The position numbers and the translations under genes were made by a program. Shown in pieces: positions 40,901-53,650 of a stretch of 64,000 nt of DNA (within the stretch, counting starts at the first letter, position 1; every line of letters starts with the position of its first letter). A model generated the notes under the pieces. The model was not told the origin of the DNA and searched no databases. It saw only the letters and a program-made list of their open reading frames with translations. The stretch is from Eledone cirrhosa. Its lineage: Eukaryota. The stretch spans positions 1,736,001 to 1,800,000 of the forward strand of contig OZ024744.1 in assembly GCA_964016885.1 (NCBI GenBank), in the 5' to 3' direction.

Positions 40901-43900
40901 ATCTTTCTCTACCTTGTCTTCCCTCAAAACGTCGTTCTTCACCAAGCTATCTTTCTCTACCTTGTCTTCCCCCAAAACTTCGTTCTTCACCAAGCTATCT
41001 TTCTCTACCTTGTCTTCCCCCAAAACTTCGTTCTTCACCAAGTCATCTTTCTCTACCTTGTCATCCCACAAAACGTCGTTCTTCACCAAGCTATCTTTCT
41101 CTATTTTGTCTTCCCTCAAAACGTCGTTCTTCACCAAGCTATCTTTCTCTACCTTGTCTTCCCTCAAAATTTCGTTCTTCACCAAGCTATCTTTCTCGAC
41201 CTTGTCTTCTCCCAAAACTTCGTTATTCACCAAGCTATCTTTCTCTACCTTGTCTTCCCTCAAAACTTCGTTCTTCACCAAGCTATCTTTCTCTACCTTG
41301 TCTTCCCCCAAAACTTCGTTCTTCACCAAGCTATCTTTCTCTACCTTGTCTTCGACCAAAACTTCGTTCTTCACCAAGCTATCTTTCTCTACCTTGTCTT
41401 CCCCCAAAACTTCGTTCTTCACCAAGCTATCTTTCTCTACCTTGTCTTCCCACAAAACTTCGTTCTTCACCAAGCCATCTTTCTCTACCTTGTCTTCCCA
41501 CAAAACGTCGTTCTTCACCAAGCTATCTTTCTCTACCTTGTCTTCCCTCAAAACTTCGTTCTTCACCAAGCTATCTTTCTCTACCTTGTCTTCCCCCAAA
41601 ACTTCGTTCTTCACCAAGCTATGTTTCTCTACCTTGTCTTCCCTCAAAACTTCGGTCTTCACTAAGCTATCTTTCTCGACCTTGTCTTCTCCCAAAACTT
41701 CGTTATTCACCAAGCTATCTTTCTCTACCTTGTCTTCCCTCAAAACTTCGTTCTTCACCAAGCTATCTTTCTCTACCTTGTCTTCCCACAAAATGTCATT
41801 CTTCACCAAGCTATCTTTCTCTACCTTGTCTTCCGTCAAACCTTCGTTCTTCACCAAGCTATCTTTCTCTACCTTGTCTTCCCTCAAAACGTCGTTCTTC
41901 ACCAAGCTATCTTTCTCTACCTTGTCCTCCCACAAAACTTCATTCTTCACCAAGCTATCTTTCTCTACCTTGTCTTCCCCCAAAACTTCGTTCTTCGCAA
42001 GCTATCTTTCTCTACCTTGTCTTCCGTCAAAACTTCGTTCTTCACCAAGATATCTTTCTCTACCTTGTCTTCCCACAAAACGTCGTTCTTCACCAAGCTA
42101 TCTTTCTCTACCTTGTCTTCCCTCAGAACTTCGTTCTTCACCAAGCTATCTTTCTCTACCTTGTCTTCCCCCAAAACTTCGTTCTTCACCAAGCCATCTT
42201 TCTCTACATTGTCTTCCCCAAAACTTCGTTCTTCACCAAGCTATCTTTCTCTACCTTGTCTTCCCTCAAAACGTCGTTCTTCACCAAGCTATCTTTCTCT
42301 ACCTTGTCTTCCCCCAAAACTTCGTTCTTCACCAAGCTATCTTTCTCTACCTTGTCTTCCCCCAAAACTTCGTTCTTCACCAAGTCATCTTTCTCTACCT
42401 TGTCATCCCACAAAACGTCGTTCTTCACCAAGCTATCTTTCTCTATTTTGTCTTCCCTCAAAACGTCGTTCTTCACCAAGCTATCTTTCTCTACCTTGTC
42501 TTCCCTCAAAATTTCGTTCTTCACCAAGCTATCTTTCTCGACCTTGTCTTCTCCCAAAACTTCGTTATTCACCAAGCTATCTTTCTCTACCTTGTCTTCC
42601 CTCAAAACTTCGTTCTTCACCAAGCTATCTTTCTCTACCTTGTCTTCCCCCAAAACTTCGTTCTTCACCAAGCTATCTTTCTCTACCTTGTCTTCTCCCA
42701 AAACTTCGTTATTCACCAAGCTATCTTTCTCTACCTTGTCTTCCCTCAAAACTTCGTTCTTCACCAAGCTATCTTTCTCTACCTTGTCTTCCCCCAAAAC
42801 TTCGTTCTTCACCAAGCTATCTTTCTCTACCTTGTCTTCCCCCAAAACTTCGTTCTTCACCAAGCTATCTTTCTCTACCTTGTCTTCCCCCAAAACTTCG
42901 TTCTTCACCAAGTCATCTTTCTCTACCTTGTCATCCCTCAAAACTTCGTTCTTCACCAATCTATCTTTCTCTACCTTGTCTTCCCCCAAACCTTCGTTCT
43001 TCACCAAGCTATCTTTCTCTACTTTGTCTTCCCCCAAAACTTCGTTCTTCACCAAGCTATCTTTCTCTACCTTGTCTTCCCCAAAACTTCGGTCTTCACC
43101 AAGCTATCTTTCTCTAGCTTGTCTTCACACAAAACTTCGTTCTTCACCAAGCTATCTTTCTCTACCTTGTCTTCCCACAAAACCTCATTCTTCACCAAGC
43201 TATCTTTCTCTACCTTGTCTTCCGTCAAACCTTCGTTCTTCACCAAGCTATCTTTCTCTACCTTGTCTTCCCTCAAAACGTCGTTCTTCACCAAGCTATC
43301 TTTCTCTACCTTGTCCTCCCACAAAACTTCGTTCTTCACCAAGCTATCTTTCTCTACCTTGTCTTCCCCCAAAACTTCGTTCTTCGCAAGCTATCTTTCT
43401 CTACCTTGTCTTCCGTCAAAACTTCGTTCTTCACCAAGATATCTTTCTCTACCTTGTCTTCCCACAAAACGTCGTTCTTCACCAAGCTATCTTTCTCTAC
43501 CTTGTCTTCCCTCAGAACTTCGTTCTTCACCAAGATATCTTTCTCTACCTTGTCTTCCCCCAAAACTTCGTTCTTCACCAAGCTATCTTTCTCTACATTG
43601 TCTTCCCCAAAACTTCGTTCTTCACCAAGCTATCTTTCTCTACCTTGTCTTCCCTCAAAACGTCGTTCTTCACCAAGCTATCTTTCTCTACCTTGTCTTC
43701 CCCCAAAACTTCGTTCTTCACCAAGCTATCTTTCTCTACCTTGTCTATCCCCAAAACTTCGTTCTTCACCAAGTCATCTTTCTCTACCTTGTCATCCCAC
43801 AAAACGTCGTTCTTCACCAAGCTATCTTTCTCTATTTTGTCTTCCCTCAAAACGTCGTTCTTCACCAAGCTATCTTTCTCTACCTTGTCTTCCCTCAAAA

Positions 43901-46900
43901 TTTCGTTCTTCACCAAGCTATCTTTCTCGACCTTGTCTTCTCCCAAAACTTCGTTATTCACCAAGCTATCTTTCTCTACCTTGTCTTCCCTCAAAACTTC
44001 GTTCTTCACCAAGCTATCTTTCTCTACCTTGTCTTCCCCCAAAACTTCGTTCTTCACCAAGCTATCTTTCTCTACCTTGTCTTCTCCCAAAACTTCGTTA
44101 TTCACCAAGCTATCTTTCTCTACCTTGTCTTCCCCCAAAACTTCGTTCTTCACCAAGCTATCTTTCTCTACCTTGTCTTCCCCCAAAACTTCGTTCTTCA
44201 CCAAGCTATCTTTCTCTACCTTGTCTTCCCACAAAACTTCGTTCTTCACCAAGCCATCTTTCTCTACCTTGTCTTCCCACAAAACGTCGTTCTTCACCAA
44301 GCTATCTTTCTCTACCTTGTCTTCCCTCAAAACTTCGTTCTTCACCAAGCTATCTTTCTCTACCTTGTCTTCCCCCAAAACTTCGTTCTTCACCAAGCTA
44401 TGTTTCTCTACCTTGTCTTCCCTCAAAACTTCGTTCTTCACTAAGCTATCTTTCTCGACCTTGTCTTCTCCCAAAACTTCGTTATTCACCAAGCTATCTT
44501 TCTCTACCTTGTCTTCCCTCAAAACTTCGTTCTTCACCAAGCTATCTTTCTCTACCTTGTCTTCCCACAAAACGTCATTCTTCACCAAGCTATCTTTCTC
44601 TACCTTGTCTTCCGTCAAACCTTCGTTCTTCACCAAGCTATCTTTCTCTACCTTGTCTTCCCTCAAAACGTCGTTCTTCACCAAGCTATCTTTCTCTACC
44701 TTGTCTTCCCCCAAAACTTCGTTCTTCGCAAGCTATCTTTCTCTACCTTGTCTTCCCTCAAAACTTCGTTCTTCACCAAGCTATCTTTCTCTACATTGTC
44801 TTCCCCAAAACTTCGTTCTTCACCAAGCTATCTTTCTCTACCTTGTCTTCCCTCAAAACGTCGTTCTTCACCAAGCTATCTTTCTCTACCTTGTCTTCCC
44901 CCAAAACTTCGTTCTTCACCAAGCTATCTTTCTCTACCTTGTCTTCCCCCAAAACTACGTTCTTCACCAAGTCATCTTTCTCTACCTTGTCATCCCACAA
45001 AACGTCGTTCTTCACCAAGCTATCTTTCTCTATTTTGTCTTCCCTCAAAACGTCGTTCTTCACCAAGCTATCTTTCTCTACCTTGTCTTCCCTCAAAATT
45101 TCGTTCTTCACCAAGCTATCTTTCTCGACCTTGTCTCCTCCCAAAACTTCGTTATTCACCAAGCTATCTTTCTCTACCTTGTCTTCCCTCAAAACTTCGT
45201 TCTTCACCAAGCTATCTTTCTCTACCTTGTCTTCCCCCAAAACTTCGTTCTTCACCAAGCTATCTTTCTCTACCTTGTCTTCCCTCAGAACTTCGTTCTT
45301 CACCAAGCTATCTTTCTCTACCTTGTCTTCCCCCAACACTTCGTTCTTCACCAAGCTATGTTTCTCTACATTGTCTTCCCCAAAACTTCGTTCTTCACCA
45401 AGCTATCTTTCTCTACCTTCTCTTCCCTCAAAACGTCGTTCTTCACCAAGCTATCTTTCTCTACCTTGTCTTCCCCCAAAACTTCGTTCTTCACCAAGCT
45501 ATCTTTCTCTACCTTGTCTTCCCCCAAAACTTCGTTCTTCACCAAGTCATCTTTCTCTACCTTGTCATCCCACAAAACGTCGTTCTTCACCAAGCTATCT
45601 TTCTCTATTTTATCTTCCCTCAAAACGTCGTTCTTCACCAAGCTATCTTTCTCTACCTTGTCTTCCCTCAAAATTTCGTTCTTCACCAAGCTATCTTTCT
45701 CGACCTTGTCTTCTCCCAAAACTTCGTTATTCACCAAGCTATCTTTCTCTACCTTGTCTTCCCTCAAAACTTCGTTCTTCACCAAGCTATCTTTCTCTAC
45801 CTTGTCTTCCCCCAAAACTTCGTTCTTCACCAAGCTATCTTTCTCTACCTTGTCTTCTCCCAAAACTTCGTTATTCACCAAGCTATCTTTCTCTACCTTG
45901 TCTTCCCTCAAAACTTCGTTCTTCACCAAGCTATCTTTCTCTACCTTGTCTTCCCCCAAAACTTCGTTCTTCACCAAGCTATCTTTCTCTACCTTGTCTT
46001 CCCCCAAAACTTCGTTCTTCACCAAGCTATCTTTCTCTACCTTGTCTTCCCCCAAAACTTCGTTCTTCACCAAGTCATCTTTCTCTACCTTGTCATCCCT
46101 CAAAACTTCGTTCTTCACCAATCTATCTTTCTCTACCTTGTCTTCCCCCAAAACTTCGTTCTTCACCAAGCTATCTTTCTCTAGCTTGTCTTCCCACAAA
46201 ACGTCGTTCTTCACCAAGCTATCTTTCTCTACCTTGTCTTCCCTCAAAACGTCGTTATTCACCAAGCTATCTTTCTCTACCTTGTCTTCCCTCAAAACTT
46301 CGTTCTTCACCAAGCTATCTTTCTCTACTTTGTCTTCCCCCAAAACTTCGTTCTTCACCAAGCTATCTTTCTCTACCTTGTCTTCCCCAAAACTTCGTTC
46401 TTCACCAAGCTATCTTTCTCTAGCTTGTCTTCACACAAAACTTCGTTCTTCACCAAGCTATCTTTCTCTACCTTGTCTTCCCACAAAACGTCATTCTTCA
46501 CCAAGCTATCTTTCTCTACCTTGTCTTCCGTCAAACCTTCGTTCTTCACCAAGCTATCTTTCTCTACCTTGTCTTCCCTCAAAACGTCGTTCTTCACCAA
46601 GCTATCTTTCTCTACCTTGTCCTCCCACAAAACTACGTTATTCACCAAGCTATCTTTCTCTACCTTGTCTTCCCCCAAAACTTCGTTCTTCGCAAGCTAT
46701 CTTTCTCTACCTTGTCTTCCGTCAAAACTTCGTTCTTCACCAAGATATCTTTCTCTACCTTGTCTTCCCACAAAACGTCGTTCTTCACCAAGCTATCTTT
46801 CTCTACCTTGTCTCCCCTCAAAACGTCGTTCTTCACCAAGCTATCTTTCTCTACCTTGTCTTCCCCCAAAACTTCGTTCTTCACCAAGCTATCTTTCTCT

Positions 46901-48150
46901 ACCTTGTCTTCCCCCAAAACTTCCTTCTTCACCAAGTCATCTTTCTCTAGCTTGTCATCCCACAAAACGTCGTTCTTCACCAAGCTATCTTTCTCTATTT
47001 TGTCTTCCCTCAAAACGTCGTTCTTCACCAAGCTATCTTTCTCTACCTTGTCTTCCCTCAAAATTTCGTTCTTCACCAAGCTATCTTTCTCGACCTTGTC
47101 TTCTCCCAAAACTTCGTTATTCACCAAGCTATCTTTCTCTACCTTGTCTTCCCTCAAAACTTCGTTCTTCACCAAGCTATCTTTCTCTACCTTGTCTTCC
47201 CCCAAAACTTCGTTCTTCACCAAGCTATCTTTCTCTACCTTGTCTTCTCCCAAAACTTCGTTATTCACCAAGCTATCTTTCTCTACCTTGTCTTCCCCCA
47301 AAACTTCGTTCTTCACCAAGCTATCTTTCTCTACCTTGTCTTCCCCCAAAACTTCGTTCTTCACCAAGCTATCTTTCTCTACCTTGTCTTCCCACAAAAC
47401 TTCGTTCTTCACCAAGCCATCTTTCTCTACCTTGTCTTCCCACAAAACGTCGTTCTTCAGCAAGCTATCTTTCTCTACCTTGTCTTCCCTCAAAACTTCG
47501 TTCTTCACCAAGCTATCTTTCTCTACCTTGTCTTCCCCGAAAACTTCGTTCTTCACCAAGCTATGTTTCTCTACCTTGTCTTCCCTCAAAACTTCGTTCT
47601 TCACTAAGCTATCTTTCTCGACCTTGTCTTCTCCCAAAACTTCGTTATTCACCAAGCTATCTTTCTCTACCTTGTCTTCCCTCAAAACTTCGTTCTTCAC
47701 CAAGCTATCTTTCTCTACCTTGTCTTCCCACAAAACGTCATTCTTCACCAAGCTATCTTTCTCTACCTTGTCTTCCGTCAAACCTTCGTTCTTCACCAAG
47801 CTATCTTTCTCTACCTTGTCTTCCCTCAAAATGTCGTTCTTCACCAAGCTATCTTTCTCTACCTTGTCCTCCCACAAAACTTCGTTCTTCACCAAGCTAT
47901 CTTTCTCTACCTTGTCTTCCCCCAAAACTTCGTTCTTCGCAAGCTATCTTTCTCTACCTTGTCTTCCGTCAAAACTTCGTTCTTCACCAAGATATCTTTC
48001 TCTACCTTGTCTTCCCACAAAACGTCGTTCTTCACCAAGCTATCTTTCTCTACCTTGTCTTCCGTCAGAACTTCGTTCTTCACCAAGCTATCTTTCTCTA
48101 CCTTGTCTTCCCCCAAAACTTCGTTCTTCACCAAGCTATCTTTCTCTACA
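37940..48150. repeat. Degenerate higher-order repeat of about 28 monomers (about 1342 bp)
   Basis: The TTCGCAAG deletion monomer occurs at 37972, 39314, 40654, 41997, 43386 and 44728 (spacings 1342, 1340, 1343, 1389, 1342), with an extra copy at 39696 and then 46692 and 47939. It is usually followed by the same ordered variant cassette. Confidence 0.75.
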
Positions 48151-51100
48151 TTGTCTTCCCCAAAACCTCGTTCTTCACCAAGCTATCTTTCTCTACCTTG
48201 TCTTCCCTCAAAACGTCGTTCTTCACCAAGCCATCTTTCTCTACCTTGTCTTCCCCCAAAACTTCGTTCTTCACCAAGCTATCTTTCTCTACCTTGTCTT
48301 CCCCCAAAACTTCGTTCTTCACCAAGTCATCTTTCTCTACCTTGTCATCCCACAAAACGTCGTTCTTCACCAAGCTATCTTTCTCTATTTTGTCTTCCCT
48401 CAAAACGTCGTTCTTCACCAAGCTATCTTTCTCTACCTTGTCTTCCCTCAAAATTTCGTTCTTCACCAAGCTATCTTTCTCGACCTTGTCTCCTCCCAAA
48501 ACTTCGTTATTCGCCAAGCTATCTTTCTCTACCTTGTCTTCCCTCAAAACTTCGTTCTTCACCAAGCTATCTTTCTCTACCTTGTCTTCCCCCAAAACTT
48601 CGTTCTTCACCAAGCTATCTTTCTCTACCTTGTCTTCTCCCAAAACTTCGTTATTCACCAAGCTATCTTTCTCTACCTTGTCTTCCCTCAAAACTTCGTT
48701 CTTCACCAAGCTATCTTTCTCTACCTTGTCTTCCCCCAAAACTTCGTTCTTCACCAAGCTATCTTTCTCTACCTTGTCTTCCCCCAAAACTTCGTTCTTC
48801 ACCAAGCTATCTTTCTCTACCTTGTCTTCCCCCAAAACTTCGTTCTTCACCAAGTCATCTTTCTCTACCTTGTCATCCCTCAAAACTTCGTTCTTCACCA
48901 ATCTATCTTTCTCTACCTTGTCTTCCCCCAAAACTTCGTTCTTCACCAAGCTATCTTTCACTAGCTTGTCTTCCCACAAAACGTCGTTCTTCACCAAGCT
49001 ATCTTTCTCTACCTTGTCTTCCCTCAAAACGTCGTTCTTCACCAAGCTATCTTTCTCTACCTTGTCTTCCCTCAAAACATCGTGCTTCACCAAGCTATCT
49101 TTCTCTACCTTGTCTTCTCCCAAAACTTCGTTATTCACCAAGCTATCTTTCTCTACCTTGTCTTCCCTCAAAACTTCGTTCTTCACCAAGCTATCTTTCT
49201 CTACTTTGTCTTCCCCCAAAACTTCGTTCTTCACCAAGCTATCTTTCTCTACCTTGTCTTCCCCAAAACTTCGTTCTTCACCAAGCTATATTTCTCTAGC
49301 TTGTCTTCACACAAAACTTCGTTCTTCACCAAGCTATCTTTCTCTACCTTGTCTTCCCACAAAACGTCATTCTTCACCAAGCTATCTTTCTCTACCTTGT
49401 CTTCCGTCAAAACTTCGTTCTTCACCAAGATATCTTTCTCTACCTTGTCTTCTCCCAAAACTTCGTTCTTCACCAAGCTATCTTTCTGTACCTTGTCTTC
49501 CCTCAGAACTTCGTTCTTCAACAAGCTATCTTTCTCTACCTTGTCTTCCCCCCAAACTTCGTTCTTCACCAAGCTATCTTTCTCTACATTGTCCTCCCCA
49601 AAACTTCGTTCTTCACCAAGCTATCTTTCTCTACCTTGTCTTCCCTCAAAACGTCGTTCTTCACCAAGCTATCTTTATCTACCTTGTCTTCTCCCAAAAC
49701 TTCGTTATTCACCAAGCTATCTTTCTCTACCTTGTCTTCCCTCAAACCTTGGTTCTTCACCAAGCTATCTTTCTCTACCTTGTCTTCCCCCAAAACTTCG
49801 TTCTTCACCAAGCTATCTTTCTCTACATTGTCTTCCCCAAAACTTCGTTCTTCACCAAGCTATCTTTCTCTACCTTGTCTTCCCCCAAAACTTCGTTGTT
49901 CACCAAGCTATCTTTCTCTACCTTGTCTTCCCCCAAAACTTCGTTCTTCACCAAGCTATCTTTCTCTACCTTGTCTTCCCCAAAACTTCGTTCTTCACCA
50001 AGCTATCTTTCTCTACCTTGTCTTCCCCCAAAACTTCGTTGTTCACCAAGCTATCTTTCTCTACCTTGTCTTCCCCCAAAACTTCGTTCTTCACCAAGCT
50101 ATCTTTCTCTACCTTGTCTTCCCCAAAACTTCGTTCTTCACCAAGCTATCTTTCTCTACCTTGTCTTCCCACAAAACTTCGTTCTTCACCAAGCTATCTT
50201 TCTCTACCTTGTCTTCCCACAAAACGTCGTTCTTCACCAAGCTATCTTTCTCTACCTTGTCTTCCCTCAAAACTTCGTTCTTCACCAAGCTATCTTTCTC
50301 TACATTGTCTTCCCCAAAACTTCGTTCTTCACCAAGCTATCTTTCTCTACCTTGTCTTCGCCCAAAACTTCGTTCTTCACCAAGCTATCTTTCTCTACCT
50401 TGTCTTCCCCCAAAACTTCGTTCTTCACCAAGCTATCTTTCTCTACCTTGTCTTCCCCCAAAACTTCGTTCTTCACCAAGCTATCTTTCTCTACCTTGTC
50501 TTCCCACAAAACTTCGTTCTTCACCAAGCTATCTTTCTCTACCTTGTCTTCCCTCCAAACGTCGTTCTTCACCAAGCTATCTTTCTCTACCTTGTCTTCT
50601 CCCAAAACTTCGTTATTCACCAAGCTATCTTTCTCTACCTTGTCTTCCCTCAAACCTTCGTTCTTCACCAAGCTATCTTTCTCTACCTTGTCTTCCCCCA
50701 AAACTTGGTTCTTCACCAAGCTATCTTTCTCTACATTGTCTTCCCCAAAACTTCGTTCTTCACCAAGCTATCTTTCTCTACCTTGTCTTCCCTCAAAACG
50801 TCGTTCTTCACCAAGCTATCTTTCTCTACCTTGTCTTCTCCCAAAACTTCGTTATTCACCAAGCTATCTTTCTCTACCTTGTCTTCCCTCAAAATTTCGT
50901 TCTTCACCAAGCTATCTTTCTCGACCTTGTCTTCTCCCAAAACTTCGTTATTCACCAAGCTATCTTTCTCTACCTTGTCTTCCCTCAAAACTTCGTTCTT
51001 CACCAAGCTATCTTTCTCTACCTTGTCTTCCCCCAAAACTTCGTTCTTCACCAAGCTATCTTTCTCTACCTTGTCTTCTCCCAAAACTTCGTTATTCACC

Positions 51101-51849
51101 AAGCTATCTTTCTCTACCTTGTCTTCCCTCAAAACTTCGTTCTTCACCAAGCTATCTTTCTATACCTTGTCTTCCCCCAAAGCTTCGTTCTTCACCAAGC
51201 TATCTTTCTCTAGCTTGTCTTCCCACAAAACGTCGTTCTTCACCAAGCTATCTTTCCCTACCTTGTCTTCCCTCAAAACGTCGTTCTTCACCAAGCTATC
51301 TTTCTCTACCTTGTCTGCCCTCAAAACATCGTTCTTCACCAAGCTATCTTTCTCTACCTTGTCTTCTCCCAAAACTTCGTTATTCACCAAGCTATCTTTC
51401 TCTACCTTGTCTTCCCTCAAAACTTCGTTCTTCACCAAGCTATCTTTCTCTACTTTGTCTTCCCGCAAAACTTCGTTCTTCACCAAGCTATCTTTCTCTA
51501 CCTTGTCTTCCCCCAAAACTTCGTTCTTCACCAAGCTATCTTTCTCTAGCTTGTCTTCACACAAAACTTCGTTCTTCACCAAGCTATCTTTCTCTACCTT
51601 GTCTTCCCACAAAACGTCATTCTTCACCAAGCTATCTTTCTCTACCTTGTCTTCCGTCAAAACTTCGTTCTTCACCAAGATATCTTTCTCTACCTTGTCT
51701 TCCCCCAAAACGTCATTCTTCACCAAGCTATCTTTCTCTACATTGTCTTCCCCAAAACTTCGTTCTTCACCAAGCTATCTTTCTCTACCTTGTCTTCCCT
51801 CAGAACTTCGTTCTTCAACAAGCTATCTTTCTCTACCTTGTCTTCCCCC

Positions 51850-53650
51850 CAAACTTCGTTCTTCACCAAGCTATCTTTCTCTACATTGTCCTCCCCAAAA
51901 CTTCGTTCTTCACCAAGCTATCTTTCTCTACCTTGTCTTCCCTCAAAACGTCGTTCTTCACCAAGCTATCTTTCTCTACCTTGTCTTCTCCCAAAACTTC
52001 GTTATTCACCAAGCTATCTTTCTCTACCTTGTCTTCCCTCAAACCTTCGTTCTTCACCAAGCTATCTTTCTCTACCTTGTCTTCCCCCAAAACGTCATTC
52101 TTCACCAAGCTATCTTTCTCTACATTGTCTTCCCCAAAACTTCGTTCTTCACCAAGCTATCTTTCTCTACCTTGTCTTCCCCCAAAACTTCGTTGTTCAC
52201 CAAGCTATCTGTCTCTACCTTGTCTTCCCCCAAAACTTCGTTCTTCACCAAGCTATCTTTCTCTACCTTGTCTTCCCCAAAACTTCGTTCTTCACCAAGC
52301 TATCTTTCTCTACCTTGTCTTCCCTCAAAACTTCGTTCTTCACCAAGCTATCTTTCTCTACCTTGTCTTCCCACAAAACTTCGTTCTTCACCAAGCTATC
52401 TTTCTCTACCTTGTCTTCCCCCAAAACTTCGTTCTTCACCAAGCTATCTTTCTCTACCTTGTCTTCCCACAAAACTTCGTTCTTCACCAAGCTATCTTTA
52501 TCTACCTTGTCTTCCCACAAAACGTCGTTCTTCACCAAGCTATCTTTCTCTACCTTGTCTTCCCTCAAAACTTCGTTCTTCACCAAGCTATGTTTCTCTA
52601 CATTGTCTTCCCCAAAACTTCGTTCTTCAGCAAGCTATCTTTCTCTACCTTGTCTTCCCCCAAAACTTCGTTCTTCACCAAGCTATCTTTCTCTACCTTG
52701 TCTTCCCCCAAAACTTCGTTCTTCACCAAGCTATCTTTCTCTACCTTGTCTTCCCCCAAAACTTCGTTCTTCACCAAGCTATCTTTCTCTACCTTGTCTT
52801 CCCACAAAACTTCGTTCTTCACCAAGCTATCTTTCTCTACCTTGTCTTCCCCCCAAACTTCGTTCTTCACCAAGCTATCTTTCTCTACATTGTCCTCCCC
52901 AAAACTTCGTTCTTCACCAAGCTATCTTTCTCTACCTTGTCCTCCCTCAAAACGTCGTTCTTCACCAAGCTATCTTTCTCTACCTTGTCTTCTCCCAAAA
53001 CTTCGTTATTCACCAAGCTATCTTTCTCTACCTTGTCTTCCCTCAAACCTTCGTTCTTCACCAAGCTATCTTTCTCTACCTTGTCTTCCCCCAAAACGTC
53101 ATTCTTCACCAAGCTATCTTTCTCTACATTGTCTTCCCCAAAACTTCGTTCTTCACCAAGCTATCTTTCTCTACCTTGTCTTCCCCCAAAACTTCGTTGT
53201 TCACCAAGCTATCTTTCTCTACCTTGTCTTCCCCCAAAACTTCGTTCTTCACCAAGCTATCTTTCTCTACCTTGTCTTCCCCAAAACTTCGTTCTTCACC
53301 AAGCTATCTTTCTCTACCTTGTCTTCCCTCAAAACTTCGTTCTTCACCAAGCTATCTTTCTCTACCTTGTCTTCCCACAAAACTTCGTTCTTCACCAAGC
53401 TATCTTTCTCTACCTTGTCTTCTCCCAAAACTTCGTTCTTCACCAAGCTATCTTTCTCTACCTTGTCTTCCCACAAAACTTCGTTCTTCACCAAGCTATC
53501 TTTATCTACCTTGTCTTCCCACAAAACGTCGTTCTTCACCAAGCTATCTTTCTCTACCTTGTCTTCCCTCAAAACTTCGTTCTTCACCAAGCTATGTTTC
53601 TCTACATTGTCTTCCCCAAAACTTCGTTCTTCAGCAAGCTATCTTTCTCT
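51850..53650. repeat. Local duplication, period 1004 bp (21 monomers minus 4 deletions)
   Basis: Identical ORFs at 51881/52885 and 52263/53267. The TTTATCT and ATGTTT..ACATT..TTCAGC markers repeat at +1004. Confidence 0.8.
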
